A stretch of DNA of 64,000 bases from an uncultured Gemmatimonadales bacterium. Its GTDB lineage: Bacteria > Gemmatimonadota > Gemmatimonadetes > Gemmatimonadales > GWC2-71-9. Below the pieces are notes generated by a model. It saw only the letters and a program-made list of their open reading frames with translations, did not search any database and had not been told where the DNA came from. The stretch spans positions 38,973 through 102,972 of the forward strand of contig CAVOPE010000007.1 of assembly GCA_963697755.1 (NCBI GenBank). Reading direction: 5' to 3'. Position numbers and translations under genes: made by a program. Shown piece after piece: positions 33,301 through 42,690 of the stretch. Each line of letters begins with the position of its first letter. The stretch's first letter is position 1.

Positions 33301-34987
33301 CGGCGAAGGCGGCCAGCTCCCGGCGCACAAGGTGACGGACCTGATCGCGCGTCTCCGGCATTCGGTGCCGGGCGTGGCACTGATCTCGCCGCCGCCGCAC
33401 CACGACATTTACTCGATCGAGGACCTGGCACAGCTCATCCACGACCTCAAGACCGTGAACCCGCGGGCTCGGGTGGGCGTGAAGCTGGTGAGCGAGACCG
33501 GGGTCGGGACGGTCGCGGCCGGCGTGGCGAAGGCCTACGCCGACTACGTCCTGATCGCCGGTCATAACGGCGGCACCGGGGCGTCTCCCCTCTCCTCGAT
33601 CAAGCACGCGGGCTCCCCGTGGGAGCTCGGGCTCGCCGAAGCCCAGGCGACGCTCGTACGGAACGGTCTCCGCCACCGGATCGAGGTCCGCACCGACGGC
33701 GGGCTCAAGACCGGGCGCGACGTCGTCATCGCTGCGTTGCTCGGCGCCGAGAGCTACGGCTTCGGGACGGCACCGCTCGTGGCCATGGGCTGCGCGATGG
33801 CGCGGCAGTGTCACATCAACACGTGCCCGACCGGGATCGCCACCCAGCGGGAGGATCTCCGCACCAAGTTCAAGGGCACGCCCGAGCAGGTCATCGGCTA
33901 CTTCACGCTGCTCGCCGAGGAGGTCCGGACGATCCTCGCTGGGATGGGTGCGCGCAGCCTGGACGAGATCATCGGCCGGAACGACCTGCTCCAGCGGGTC
34001 GAGCGGCCGGACGTGCCGCGGGCGCAGATGCTCGACCTGTCCATGCTGATGGCGCCGCCGGCGTTGGAGACCCCGCCCGGCCATCCGGCACCCGCCCGGC
34101 GGCGCACCGAAGCCCGGAACGACCGGCCCGGCGTGGTCTCGCTCGACGCCGAGATCCTGGCCGACCTCGAGCCCTATCTCGAGAGCGGGCTGCCGTTCTC
34201 GGGGAACTATCCGATCCACAATCACCACCTGGCGGTGGGCGCCCGGGTCGCCGGCGCGATCGCCGAGCTCCATGGCGACGCGGGGCTGGCGCCAGGCTCC
34301 GTCCGACTCCGCTTCACCGGCAGCGCGGGACAGAGCTTCGGGGCGTTCACCTGCCGGGGGATGCACCTTGAGCTGGAGGGCGAGGCAAACGACTACGTGG
34401 GCAAGGGGCTGAGCGGCGGCGAGCTGACCATTCGGCCGTTCCGGCGGGCCGCCTACGCGGACGTGTCGCATCAGCACCTGATCATCGGCAACACGATCCT
34501 GTACGGCGCCACCGCCGGCAAGCTGTTCGCGGCCGGACAGGCGGGCGATCGATTCGGGGTGAGGAACTCCGGTGCGGTCGCGGTGATCGAAGGGGCGGGC
34601 AACCACTGCTGCGAGTACATGACCAGTGGCATCGTGGTCGTGCTGGGCCGCGCCGGCCGTAACTTCGGGGCCGGGATGTCGAACGGTGTCGCCTATGTGG
34701 TCGACGAGGCCGGCACGTTCGAGACCCGGGTGAACAAGGACATGGTCGAGCTGAGTGCGCTCGACGAGACCGACATCGTCTTGCTGCAGCGGCTGGTGCG
34801 GGAGCACGAGGAGAAGACCGCCAGCCCGCGCGCCCGTCGCATCCTGGTTCAGTGGGACCAGTTCGTACCGCTGTTCCGCCGTGTGTCACCCAAGGGGGCG
34901 GAGGCGCTGGTCGCCGCTACGCGTGAGGGTTACCTGCAGTCCGCGGCGACTGAGCCCGAGCCGGTGCTGGCGCGCCGGAGCGCCTGA
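30353..34987 (+). CDS. gltB: Glutamate synthase large subunit
   Basis: AGGAGG RBS; HDACGVGF, HQRYSTNT, HNGEINTL, QGAKPGEGGQLP and CAMARQCHINTCPTG. Confidence 0.97.
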   Translation: MAAPGQRIHPAGSRPTDPRHAATSADEALDPTREHDACGVGFVAHASGVRSHEVVSMALAAVARVAHRGAASTDNSGDGAGLLTQIPHRLFYRDAYRLGLHLQPGLPFGVGSFFLPREPQALGEAVAMIETVLAEDGIPFLGWRDVPTNPAALGPTALASCPVIRQVLVGRPALAADEEQWEQSLYLARREMERRAGERNLPGFYACSFSCRTLVYKALLTGTQLPAFFTDFRYPEYESAIAVFHQRYSTNTLPSWPLAQPFRLLAHNGEINTLWGNRNAMTMRQPMLSSPIWGKKIERLREVIWPEGSDSASLDNAMELLTRSGRDVVHTSMMMVPQAWEKYADLDPAVKAFYEYHQCVLEPWDGPAAIAFTDGVLCGASVDRNGLRPSRYKVRRDGLVVSGSEVGLVDLDPREVVECGKVGPGEVLVVDTRRGEVIRNVDAKREVAGRRPYARWVARYMATLAPDPARVPPVHAGEALTRAQRSFGYGFEDLRLVLEPMGGTGADPVWSMGDDTPIPPLSAVPQSLYAYFRQRFAQVTNPPIDSLREAMVMSLRMHLGRRGSPLLERPSYARMLRLEHPVLLAEEMTALRNVAGFSTVTLDALWDTTRGPDGLKPALTALRRAAERAARRGAHILIISDRSADATRAPIPMLLAIGAVRQHLVHTGLRARVGLVAEAGDAFDIHHFATLIGYGAEAVHPWLALESLDGVFGEGREPSRRERDADATPRPSPAEARLQYRSAAEKGLLKILSKMGISTLSSYCGAQIFEILGLGHEVVSTCFAGTASPIGGIGFEEIAEDVLTRHRAAHPATAEVVSLPDHGRVRFRKDGEDHGWAPPVVVALQQAVKTNGADAYGGFLVKNSGRRPAGPRDLLAVRPGTPVPLDEVESAESIRTRFVSSAMSLGALSPEAHATLSIAMNRMGARSNSGEGGEDPHNYHGFANGDRADNRIKQVASARFGVTTEYLTRAEELEIKIVQGAKPGEGGQLPAHKVTDLIARLRHSVPGVALISPPPHHDIYSIEDLAQLIHDLKTVNPRARVGVKLVSETGVGTVAAGVAKAYADYVLIAGHNGGTGASPLSSIKHAGSPWELGLAEAQATLVRNGLRHRIEVRTDGGLKTGRDVVIAALLGAESYGFGTAPLVAMGCAMARQCHINTCPTGIATQREDLRTKFKGTPEQVIGYFTLLAEEVRTILAGMGARSLDEIIGRNDLLQRVERPDVPRAQMLDLSMLMAPPALETPPGHPAPARRRTEARNDRPGVVSLDAEILADLEPYLESGLPFSGNYPIHNHHLAVGARVAGAIAELHGDAGLAPGSVRLRFTGSAGQSFGAFTCRGMHLELEGEANDYVGKGLSGGELTIRPFRRAAYADVSHQHLIIGNTILYGATAGKLFAAGQAGDRFGVRNSGAVAVIEGAGNHCCEYMTSGIVVVLGRAGRNFGAGMSNGVAYVVDEAGTFETRVNKDMVELSALDETDIVLLQRLVREHEEKTASPRARRILVQWDQFVPLFRRVSPKGAEALVAATREGYLQSAATEPEPVLARRSA

Positions 34988-35162
34988 GTCACCGGGCGAT
35001 CTGGCGCGCGTCCGGGCCGGCTCTTCCAGGTGAAGGGCCGGCCCTGATGGCTTGCAGTCGGGAAACGGCGCGCCCAGCGGTCGCGTAGAGTGCGCTTGCG
35101 GGATTCCTCGAAGGCACCTGGCCCGCCGGGAGCATTCAGGTGCCCTGAGGTTTCACGTCGGT

Positions 35163-36709
35163 CTACTGAATCGTCGCTCCATACGTGAACGGCACCGCGG
35201 CGCCGTTCGCGTCGGCGATGGTCGGCATCAGCGTCGCCTTGCTCCAGCGGGTACCGAATCCGACGATGCTGATCGAGCCGGCGCTGCCGGAGCTGAGCGT
35301 GACCGGCACGACATTGGATCCGCCGCCATTCGACGGCGTGAGCGCCACCAGCGCTCGCCACGCAAATCCGTCCGCGCCGTCGAAAGCTGAGGGTGAGCGT
35401 TCCCCGGGCCCCGCCGGGCACGAACTCGACGAAGTTCGCCCCGAGTCCCCAGGGCGCCAGGTTGGCCACCTTCTTCGTGCTCGCCGTCACGCTCACTTCT
35501 ACCGGGTAGCTCGAATGCGTCGCCCGGATGCGGTTGTTCGGCAGCGGAATCAGCGACGCGGCATCCGTGGTGAAGTCCGAGATGCCGAGCAGGTACTCGG
35601 CCGGCGCGAACAGCTTCATGGCCTCCCAGGAGCCGCCGAACGCCACGCTCCGGACGGCATCCGCCGTGGTCCGTGTACGCGCGGCGAGCCAGATCCGCCG
35701 GGTCACGTCCGTCCCGTAGGTCTCGCTCAGGTAGTTCATGAAATAGGCCGAGCCGTAGACGTAGCGGCTGAAGATCGGCAAGTCCGGAGTCGACAGGAAG
35801 AACGGGAATGTACCAGTGCCAGTCGTTGATCCCGTCATAGACCGCGTCCTCCGCCCACGTCGCGTGCGACTCGAACAGCCAGCCCGACTGGAACACGTTG
35901 ATGTTGAACTGGCAGGCGTGCATGAACTCGTGGGCCTGGGTGACGCGGAGGGCGCCGAGCCGGATCGTCTCCGTGCCGGTCACGTCAAGGTCGTTCGGTG
36001 GGAAGCCGGCGAAATCGTTCTCGACCTCGATGTAGCCCGATGCGGTGCCGCGCGGCACGGGTGACGTCGCCAGGAGCTGCACGTTCTCCGGATAGGTTAC
36101 GCCGTAGAAGGCGAAGTCCCGATAGTAGACATGGAACTTGAGCCTCGGCGTCCCGACGGGCGCCGGGTAGCCGAGCTGGACCACTTCACGATTCCACACC
36201 TCTTCCCAGCTCCTCGCCGCCGCGTCGATGAAATCGGGGACGCTGTTCCGGTCCGCGTCCAGCGAGGGCACGGCGTTGTTGCCCTGGCGAGTGTAGTGGA
36301 GGACGTAGTGCTGGGTGGTGACGGAATCGCCGAGGTTGCCGCGCCCGTTGCGCCTGATGTCGAGAATCTCCTGTTTGGTGGACGCGCTCAGCTTGTCCCA
36401 ATCTCGCGCCATCAACACCATCGAGTACGTCGCGTCCTTGCCTTTGGCAGTGGACCGGTATTTGGCGGGCAGCTTGGCCGGGGCCGAGACCGCGTATTGC
36501 CGATAGCGGTTGGCGTTGTCGCGATCGACCAGGCCGGCGGCATAGTCGCCCTCGATCAGGTCGAGCGAGTTCTTTCCGTTGCCTTGGCCGCCGGCCGCGA
36601 ATGCGGGGCCGGCCGCCGACGGCGCGGTCGGATCATCGGCTCGGTCGAAGCAGGCAGAAAGGCTCAGGGAAGTCAGCAGGACGGCGCAGCACCACAGACG
36701 AGGGGACAT
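35163..36709 (-). CDS. Secreted zinc metalloprotease-like lipoprotein (MXAN_6640-like), two frameshifts
   Basis: Lipobox LSAC; RVTQAHEFMHACQ followed by WLFESHATWAED; frame changes near 35810 and 35385. Confidence 0.7.
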
Positions 36710-36962
36710 ACGGAGCTCCTGAACGGCGGAGGCATCGAGAGGTGATGAATGGCCGGCCCAGGGCTTGGAACTGGCGGCCTCAGAATCTGTGGCTCTCTCG
36801 GCTTTCGCGAAAGGAGCCGAAGGTCGCTGACCGACTCGGATTGAAACATCCATGCGGGTCCCCTGCAACAACTTGCGCCAGGTTTCTGGACAGGCCCCTC
36901 TTGCGCGAGGCGGTCCTCGGAAATAACTTGCTGGCCAGCAAGCAAGCCTCTCTGGAGCCGCC

Positions 36963-37646
36963 ATGCCCCAACGGATCGAGAAGGAACGCAACGCCGCCCG
37001 CTCCCGCGCCGCCATCCTCGACGCGGCCGAGCGGCTCTTCGCCGAGCGCGGCTACGACGCCACCAGCCTGACCGAGGTGGGCGCGGCGGCGGGCGTGAGT
37101 CGCGGCACCCCCGGCTACTTCTTCGGCAGCAAGGCGGAGCTCTACCGGGCCGTGCTGGACCGCGCCTTCGCCGAGGTGCGCGAGGCGGTCCGCGCCGGGC
37201 GCGCGCGGGCCCTCGCCAGCAGCCAGGGCACCGAAACGATTCTTGCGGGTGCCGTCTCCGACTACTTCGAGTTTCTCGCCGCGCGCCCCAACTTCATCCG
37301 TCTCATCGAGCGCGAAGCGCTGAGCGGCGGCGGCCAGCTCGAGGGCGTCGACCATCTGTCCGCCGGACAGGAGGCGCTCGCCGCGATCAGCGCCGAGCTC
37401 GGCCTCGACGACACCGAGTCGGGTGACGCGGCGCAGCTGCTGCTCAGCGTCATCGCCCTCTGCTGGTTCCCGCTCATTCACGCCCGCACGGTCGCGCCGG
37501 CCGTCGGGGTCGAGTTCCACGACACGGCGGACCTGGAGCGCCGCAAGCGCCACGTCGTGGATCTCGTGTTGCACGGCGTGCGCGGCCTCACCGCCCCCGC
37601 CGCCGCTGCTACCGCCACCCTTGCCGAGGCCGAGCGCCATGACTGA
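36963..37646 (+). CDS. TetR/AcrR-family regulator
   Basis: ILDAAERLFAERGYDATSLTEVGAAAGVSRGTPGYFFGSKAEL helix-turn-helix. Confidence 0.92.
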   Translation: MPQRIEKERNAARSRAAILDAAERLFAERGYDATSLTEVGAAAGVSRGTPGYFFGSKAELYRAVLDRAFAEVREAVRAGRARALASSQGTETILAGAVSDYFEFLAARPNFIRLIEREALSGGGQLEGVDHLSAGQEALAAISAELGLDDTESGDAAQLLLSVIALCWFPLIHARTVAPAVGVEFHDTADLERRKRHVVDLVLHGVRGLTAPAAAATATLAEAERHD

Positions 37647-39507
37647 CGTCCTGACCCCTCCGTCGAAACCACGGCGCACCGATCTGGCGACCGAGCAGGA
37701 GGCGCGCGAGGTCGCCGAGGCCGCCCGCGAGAAGGAGTGGGAGGCGCCCAGTTTCGTCCGCGAGCTCTTCGAGGGCTCCTTCCGGCTCGACCTGGTGCAC
37801 CCGTTCCCCCAGATGGATCCGGCCGACGTCGAGCGCGCGCGGCCCTTCATGGAGCGGCTCGAGCGCTTCCTGCGGGACCAGGTGGACAGCGATCGCATCG
37901 ACCGTGAGGGCAAGATCCCGGCGGACGTGATCCAGGGGCTGCGCGACCTCGGCGCGTTCGGCATCAAGATCCCGCAGGAATACGGCGGCCTCGGGCTGAG
38001 TCAGACCGGCTACACCCACGCGATGGGGATGGTGACCAGCGTGGACGGCAACCTGACCGCCTTGCTGTCCGCCGCCCAGTCCATCGGGGTCCCTCAGCCG
38101 CTCAAGCTGTTCGGCACGCCGGAGCAGAAAGCACGCTATCTCCCCCGCCTGGCCAAAGGCGCGATCAGCGCCTTCGCGCTCACCGAGAACAACGTCGGCA
38201 GCGATCCCGCGGCCATGAGCACGTCGGCCGTCCTTTCCACGGACGGCAGCCACTACGTCCTCAACGGCGAGAAGCTCTGGTGCACCAATGGCACCATCGC
38301 CGAGCTGATGGTGGTGATGGCGCGCACCGGGCCGAAGAAGATCACCGCCTTCATCGTCGAGACCGATTGGCCGGGCGTCGAGGTGGTGCAGCGCCTCCAC
38401 TTCATGGGACTGAAGGCGATCGAGAACGGCATCATCCGCTTCACCGACGTGAAGGTGCCGGCCGAGAACGTCCTCTGGGGCGAGGGGAAGGGTCTCAAGC
38501 TCGCGCTGGTCACGCTGAACACGGGCCGCCTCACGCTTCCCGCCTCGGCGGTGGCGGGGGCAAAGCGGTCGCTCCAATTCGCCCGGCGCTGGGCGGCGGA
38601 ACGGGTGCAGTGGGGGCAGCCGATCGGGAAGCACGACGCGATCGCCCAGAAGATCGGCCGGATGACGGCGGAGATCTTCGCCATGGAGGCGGTGGCGGAT
38701 CTGGCTTCGCTCATGGCCGACCGGGGCACCACCGACATCCGGCTCGAAGCCGCGATGGCCAAGATGTGGAACACCGAAGTGGGCTGGCGAATCGTGGACG
38801 ACACGCTGCAGATCAAGGGCGGTCGCGGTTACGAGACCGCGCAGAGCCTCCGCAGCCGGGGCGAGCGCGCGGACCCGGTCGAGCGGATGATGCGCGACTA
38901 CCGCATCAACCTCATCTTCGAAGGCTCGAGCGAGATCATGCGGCTGTTCATCGCCCGCGAGGCGGTGGACACGCACCTCAAGATCGCTGGCGCACTGATC
39001 GACCCGAAGACGCCGGTCAAGGTGAAGCTGGCCGCGCTGGTCCGCTCCGGCCTGTTCTACGCGACCTGGTATCCACGGCTCTGGTTCGGTCTCCGCGGCC
39101 GCTTCGGCTACGGGGAGTTCGGCGCGCTCGCGCCCCACGTGCGCTTCGTCGAGCGCGCGAGCCGGAAGCTGGCGCGCACGCTGTTCCACTGCATGGTGCG
39201 GTTCGGCCCCAGGCTCGAGAAGCGCCAGGCGGTGCTCGGCCGGCTGGTGGAGATCGGAGCGGAGCTGCTGGCGATCACGGCGGCGTGCAGTCGCGCGCAG
39301 GCCATGATCACGCGGGATCCGGCGAACCGCGGTCCGGTCGAGCTGGCCGACCTCTTCAGTCGCCAGGCGCGCCGCCGGGTGGAGGATCGCTTCGCCGCCG
39401 TGTTCGACAACGACGATGTCGCGGCCTACGCAGTGGCGCAGCAGGTCATCCGGAACGAGCATACCTGGCTCGAGCAGGGGATGGCGCGACTCGCGGACGA
39501 GCGGTAA
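37639..39507 (+). CDS. Acyl-CoA dehydrogenase (VLCAD/ACAD9-like)
   Basis: SAFALTE..GSD, LNGEKLWCTNG, LQIKGGRGY and RINLIFEGSSEI. Confidence 0.92.
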   Translation: MTDVLTPPSKPRRTDLATEQEAREVAEAAREKEWEAPSFVRELFEGSFRLDLVHPFPQMDPADVERARPFMERLERFLRDQVDSDRIDREGKIPADVIQGLRDLGAFGIKIPQEYGGLGLSQTGYTHAMGMVTSVDGNLTALLSAAQSIGVPQPLKLFGTPEQKARYLPRLAKGAISAFALTENNVGSDPAAMSTSAVLSTDGSHYVLNGEKLWCTNGTIAELMVVMARTGPKKITAFIVETDWPGVEVVQRLHFMGLKAIENGIIRFTDVKVPAENVLWGEGKGLKLALVTLNTGRLTLPASAVAGAKRSLQFARRWAAERVQWGQPIGKHDAIAQKIGRMTAEIFAMEAVADLASLMADRGTTDIRLEAAMAKMWNTEVGWRIVDDTLQIKGGRGYETAQSLRSRGERADPVERMMRDYRINLIFEGSSEIMRLFIAREAVDTHLKIAGALIDPKTPVKVKLAALVRSGLFYATWYPRLWFGLRGRFGYGEFGALAPHVRFVERASRKLARTLFHCMVRFGPRLEKRQAVLGRLVEIGAELLAITAACSRAQAMITRDPANRGPVELADLFSRQARRRVEDRFAAVFDNDDVAAYAVAQQVIRNEHTWLEQGMARLADER

Positions 39508-39568
39508 CGGCGCCCGCCAGCTCGAGCGCCCGATGTATGTTTAGAGCGACCTCTACCAGAGACGAGCG

Positions 39569-39961
39569 ATGGCGATAGCCGAAGGCAGGACGATTCCCTT
39601 TACCGGGCCCGAAGCGGTCGACGTCGGCGTCCTCGAGACGTTCGAGTACGCCGGGCCCGACCAGGAGATCGTGACCGAGACCCGCGAATTCAGCCCCGTC
39701 TGCCCCTACAGCGGCCTGCCGGACTTTGCCACGCTTCGGATCGCCTACACGCCGAGCGACCGCTGCATCGAGCTCAAGAGCCTCAAGTATTACGTCACCA
39801 GCTATCGCAGCGTCGGCATCTTCCAGGAGCACGCCACCGCCAAGATCGCGGAGGACCTCTTCGGGGTGCTCCGGCCGCAGCGGCTGACGGTCACCACGAT
39901 CTACAATACCCGGGGCGGATTCGACACCACCTGTTCGGTGACGTTGCCGAAGGCGGGCTAG
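39569..39961 (+). CDS. queF: preQ1 synthase (NADPH-dependent 7-cyano-7-deazaguanine reductase)
   Basis: EFSPVCPYSGLPDF, ELKSLKYY and RGG motifs. Confidence 0.92.
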   Translation: MAIAEGRTIPFTGPEAVDVGVLETFEYAGPDQEIVTETREFSPVCPYSGLPDFATLRIAYTPSDRCIELKSLKYYVTSYRSVGIFQEHATAKIAEDLFGVLRPQRLTVTTIYNTRGGFDTTCSVTLPKAG

Positions 39962-39978
39962 GCGACGGACATCGCGGC

Positions 39979-40055
39979 AGCGAAAAGGAGCGAGGGGTTG
40001 GGCAGCGCCACAAAACAACGCAGTGGCGCTGCCCAGCCCCTCGCTCCATTTCGCT
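39979..40055. repeat. Long inverted repeat (about 33-bp stem) between convergent genes
   Basis: AGCGAAAAGGAGCGAGGGGTTGGGCAGCGCCAC, an 11-nt loop, then GTGGCGCTGCCCAGCCCCTCGCTCCATTTCGCT. Confidence 0.8.
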
Positions 40056-40116
40056 CCAGCCTCTCGCTCGCGCGGCTCACGCACTCCGCGCGCCTCGCGG
40101 CCGGCGCGACCCGCGC

Positions 40117-41634
40117 TCAGTGCGTCGCCGCTACCGCCGCCGAGGGCCTGGTCGGCACCGCCTCGGGCTCGCGCTTCGGGCCACGCGGCAAGAGCTCCGG
40201 CAGGTTCGCCAGCTCCCACGCCGTCACCGCCATCACCGCCGAGGCCTGCTTGAGGTCGGCGGGCACCGCCTTGTCGTAGGTATCGCTCTGCGAGTGGTGA
40301 GTGTGGAAGTAGCCGCGGGGCAGCTGATCGAAGTTGAACCCGGGCACGCCGTAGGGCAGGAAGCTGAGGTGGTCGGTGCCGGACTTGGACGCGCTCCGGA
40401 CCGTGTCGGCACCGAGCGACGCCACCGGCGCCAGGAGCTGGTGCCAGAGGCCCTCGAGCTCGTCCCGGCCCTGGAGCGCCTGCCCGCGGATCGCGCCCGT
40501 CCCGTTGTCCAGCACCAGCACCGCCTGGATGCTGTCCGCCTCCGCGGCGTGCGCCGCGGCGTAGGCCCGCGAGCCGAGCAGCCCCTGCTCTTCCCCGCTG
40601 AACAGAATGAAGCGGATCGTGCGCTTCGGCTTGAGCCCCGACTGGGCGAGCGCGCGGGCCGCCTCCAGCACGACCATCGAGCCCGTGCCGTTGTCGGTCA
40701 CGCCCTGGCCGAGGTCCCAGCTGTCCAGGTGCGCGCCAAGGATCACGACCTGGCCCGGCCGCTCGATGCCGCGGAGCTCGGCGACGGTGTTCCACTGCTG
40801 CACCGGCGCGCGGCCGATCGTGTTCTCCGCCCGCCCTTGGATCCGCGGGCTCGCCCCGGCGAGGATCTGGCGCTCGAGCATCGCGTAGTCCTCGTGGGCG
40901 ATGACCAGGTTCGGCAGCGGCGCCACCCGGTTGGGCGAGCCGCTCATCGTCATCAGCCCGTGCTCCTTGGCGCCGTCCACCAGCGTGCCAAGGGCGCCCG
41001 CCGCCTTCAGGGCGTAGGGCAGGTCGAGCGCGTACTGCCGCCGGGCGAACACCGCGGCGGCGGACGTATCGGACGATGCCAGGTTCCGCAGCCGCATCGT
41101 CTCGGCAAGGTCCGCCGAGTCCTTCGCCGTCATCGCGGGGCCGTCAGTGTTCCAGACCGGAAACGCGGTGCGTGGCAGCACCCAGGCGCCGCGGACCTTG
41201 CCCTTGTTGGCCGCGAGGCTGTCCGGGGTGGAGAGGTCCACCTGCACGACCGGTCCCGTGAGCGTCTTGCCGCCGGTGCCCACCGTCCAGGCCCAGCTGT
41301 GCGCCGTCATCGCACGGGTGAATGGAGCCACCAGCCGGAGCGAGGCCGGGCCCCGCGCCCAGGTGACGCCGAAGGTGTACGGCTCGAGCGAGGCCGTGAG
41401 TCCATAGGCCCGGAACCGCTCGGCGGTCCAGTCGTTGGCCCGGCGCATCGCGGCGGAGCCCGAGAGGCGGGGCCCGATGATGTCGCTCATCTGGCGGAGG
41501 TTGGCCATCACCTCCGAGTGATCCATCGCCTGGGCGATGAGCGCGCCGGCCCCGGCGGTGTCCACGGCGGTCTGAGCCGGGAGCGTCGCCGGTGCGGCGG
41601 AGAGAAGCGCGAGAACGAGCAAACGTCGGCACAT
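40117..41634 (-). CDS. M28-family secreted metallopeptidase (carboxypeptidase Q-like)
   Basis: Signal peptide, IGPRLSGS, GAHLDSWD, DNGTGS, SGEEQGLLGS and HHSQSDTYDK. Confidence 0.9.
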   Translation of the reverse strand: MCRRLLVLALLSAAPATLPAQTAVDTAGAGALIAQAMDHSEVMANLRQMSDIIGPRLSGSAAMRRANDWTAERFRAYGLTASLEPYTFGVTWARGPASLRLVAPFTRAMTAHSWAWTVGTGGKTLTGPVVQVDLSTPDSLAANKGKVRGAWVLPRTAFPVWNTDGPAMTAKDSADLAETMRLRNLASSDTSAAAVFARRQYALDLPYALKAAGALGTLVDGAKEHGLMTMSGSPNRVAPLPNLVIAHEDYAMLERQILAGASPRIQGRAENTIGRAPVQQWNTVAELRGIERPGQVVILGAHLDSWDLGQGVTDNGTGSMVVLEAARALAQSGLKPKRTIRFILFSGEEQGLLGSRAYAAAHAAEADSIQAVLVLDNGTGAIRGQALQGRDELEGLWHQLLAPVASLGADTVRSASKSGTDHLSFLPYGVPGFNFDQLPRGYFHTHHSQSDTYDKAVPADLKQASAVMAVTAWELANLPELLPRGPKREPEAVPTRPSAAVAATH

Positions 41635-41712
41635 GAGGCAGAGCTTCCGTTATTCGGAGGGTTCAGGAATGTGGCGGTCGGCGGTGCCGCCGGACCGGAG
41701 CCTCGGCTCCGC

Positions 41713-42585
41713 TCACGATGACGGAGCGGACCCCGCTCGGGATTCAGCCGGTCGGCCTTCCGCGCTTGCGGGGTCGACCCGGACCAGCCGGGCGGCGAGG
41801 GCTCCGAAGATGGCCCGGTCGTCCGCCGCGGTCCAGGCGGCTGGAATCGCGCCGACTCCGGCTCGAGCTCCGAGGAAGGCCCCGGCGAGCCCCGCTCGCC
41901 CAGCCGCCGCCGGACCCCGAACCGCCAGTGTCACAAGGCCGCGCTCCAGCAGCGGCTCGTGATACGCCGCGCGCAGCGCGGCCTCAGCATCGTCGAGCGC
42001 CCGGCCCGGCAGGGAGGCCTCCAGCGTGCCTACCGCCCGCTCGGGGAGCGGCACCCGGCGCACCGCCGCCAGCAACGGCTCCGGCACCTCGTTGCTGCGG
42101 AGGGCCTCGATCACGTCCGGGACGAAGTCGCGCTTCCCCTGGAGGAACCGCGCAAGGGCGACATTCACGGCCACCGCGGACCACGCTACGATCGGCTCGG
42201 GGTGTGTCAGGGCGGCGACGTGGTAGGTCGCGCTCACGAGCACGCGCGGCGCGTCGAACGCGGCCAGCGCCACGGGGACCGTGCGCACCAGCGGATCGCT
42301 TCCCTCCCCGGCCGCGCGTGACGGCGGCGAGTCGTGCCGGGAGAGGTGCGCGAGCGCGACGCCGGTCTCCGGATCGATGTCGCCCGGGTCGGCGAGATGG
42401 CGCGCGACCCAGCGGTGGGCGAGCGCCTGGAGATCACGGCGTCCCGCGGCCAGCTCCTCGGCGAGTATCCGCATGAGCGCGAGGGCGCCGTCGCTCCCCG
42501 GCCCCCGCGCGAGGCCGCGCCCGGCCGCCAGGCCGACGAGCGCGCCCGCGGCGCGGAACCCGAGACTCGGCGCGGGGTTGGACAA
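41713..42585 (-). CDS. ADP-ribosylglycohydrolase-fold protein with degenerate motifs
   Basis: GALVGLAAG, LVRTVPVAL, AALTHPEP and LAGAFLGARAGVGAIPAAW. Confidence 0.75.
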   Translation of the reverse strand: MSNPAPSLGFRAAGALVGLAAGRGLARGPGSDGALALMRILAEELAAGRRDLQALAHRWVARHLADPGDIDPETGVALAHLSRHDSPPSRAAGEGSDPLVRTVPVALAAFDAPRVLVSATYHVAALTHPEPIVAWSAVAVNVALARFLQGKRDFVPDVIEALRSNEVPEPLLAAVRRVPLPERAVGTLEASLPGRALDDAEAALRAAYHEPLLERGLVTLAVRGPAAAGRAGLAGAFLGARAGVGAIPAAWTAADDRAIFGALAARLVRVDPASAEGRPAESRAGSAPSS

Positions 42586-42690
42586 TTCGTTCTCCTCGGA
42601 ATTCGGGTGGCGAATGGGACCCGGCTGAAGTTATACTCGGACGTTCGGTCCATGCCCACCCAGTCGCGCGACCCACGGAGGAGCAGGCTC

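Noticed and set aside
30206-34807. Very long antisense ORFs (1533 aa opposite gltB; similar ones opposite actB, glnA, gltA, acs and the acyl-CoA dehydrogenase)
   Set aside because: Expected shadow ORFs of high-GC codon usage, with no recognisable motifs.
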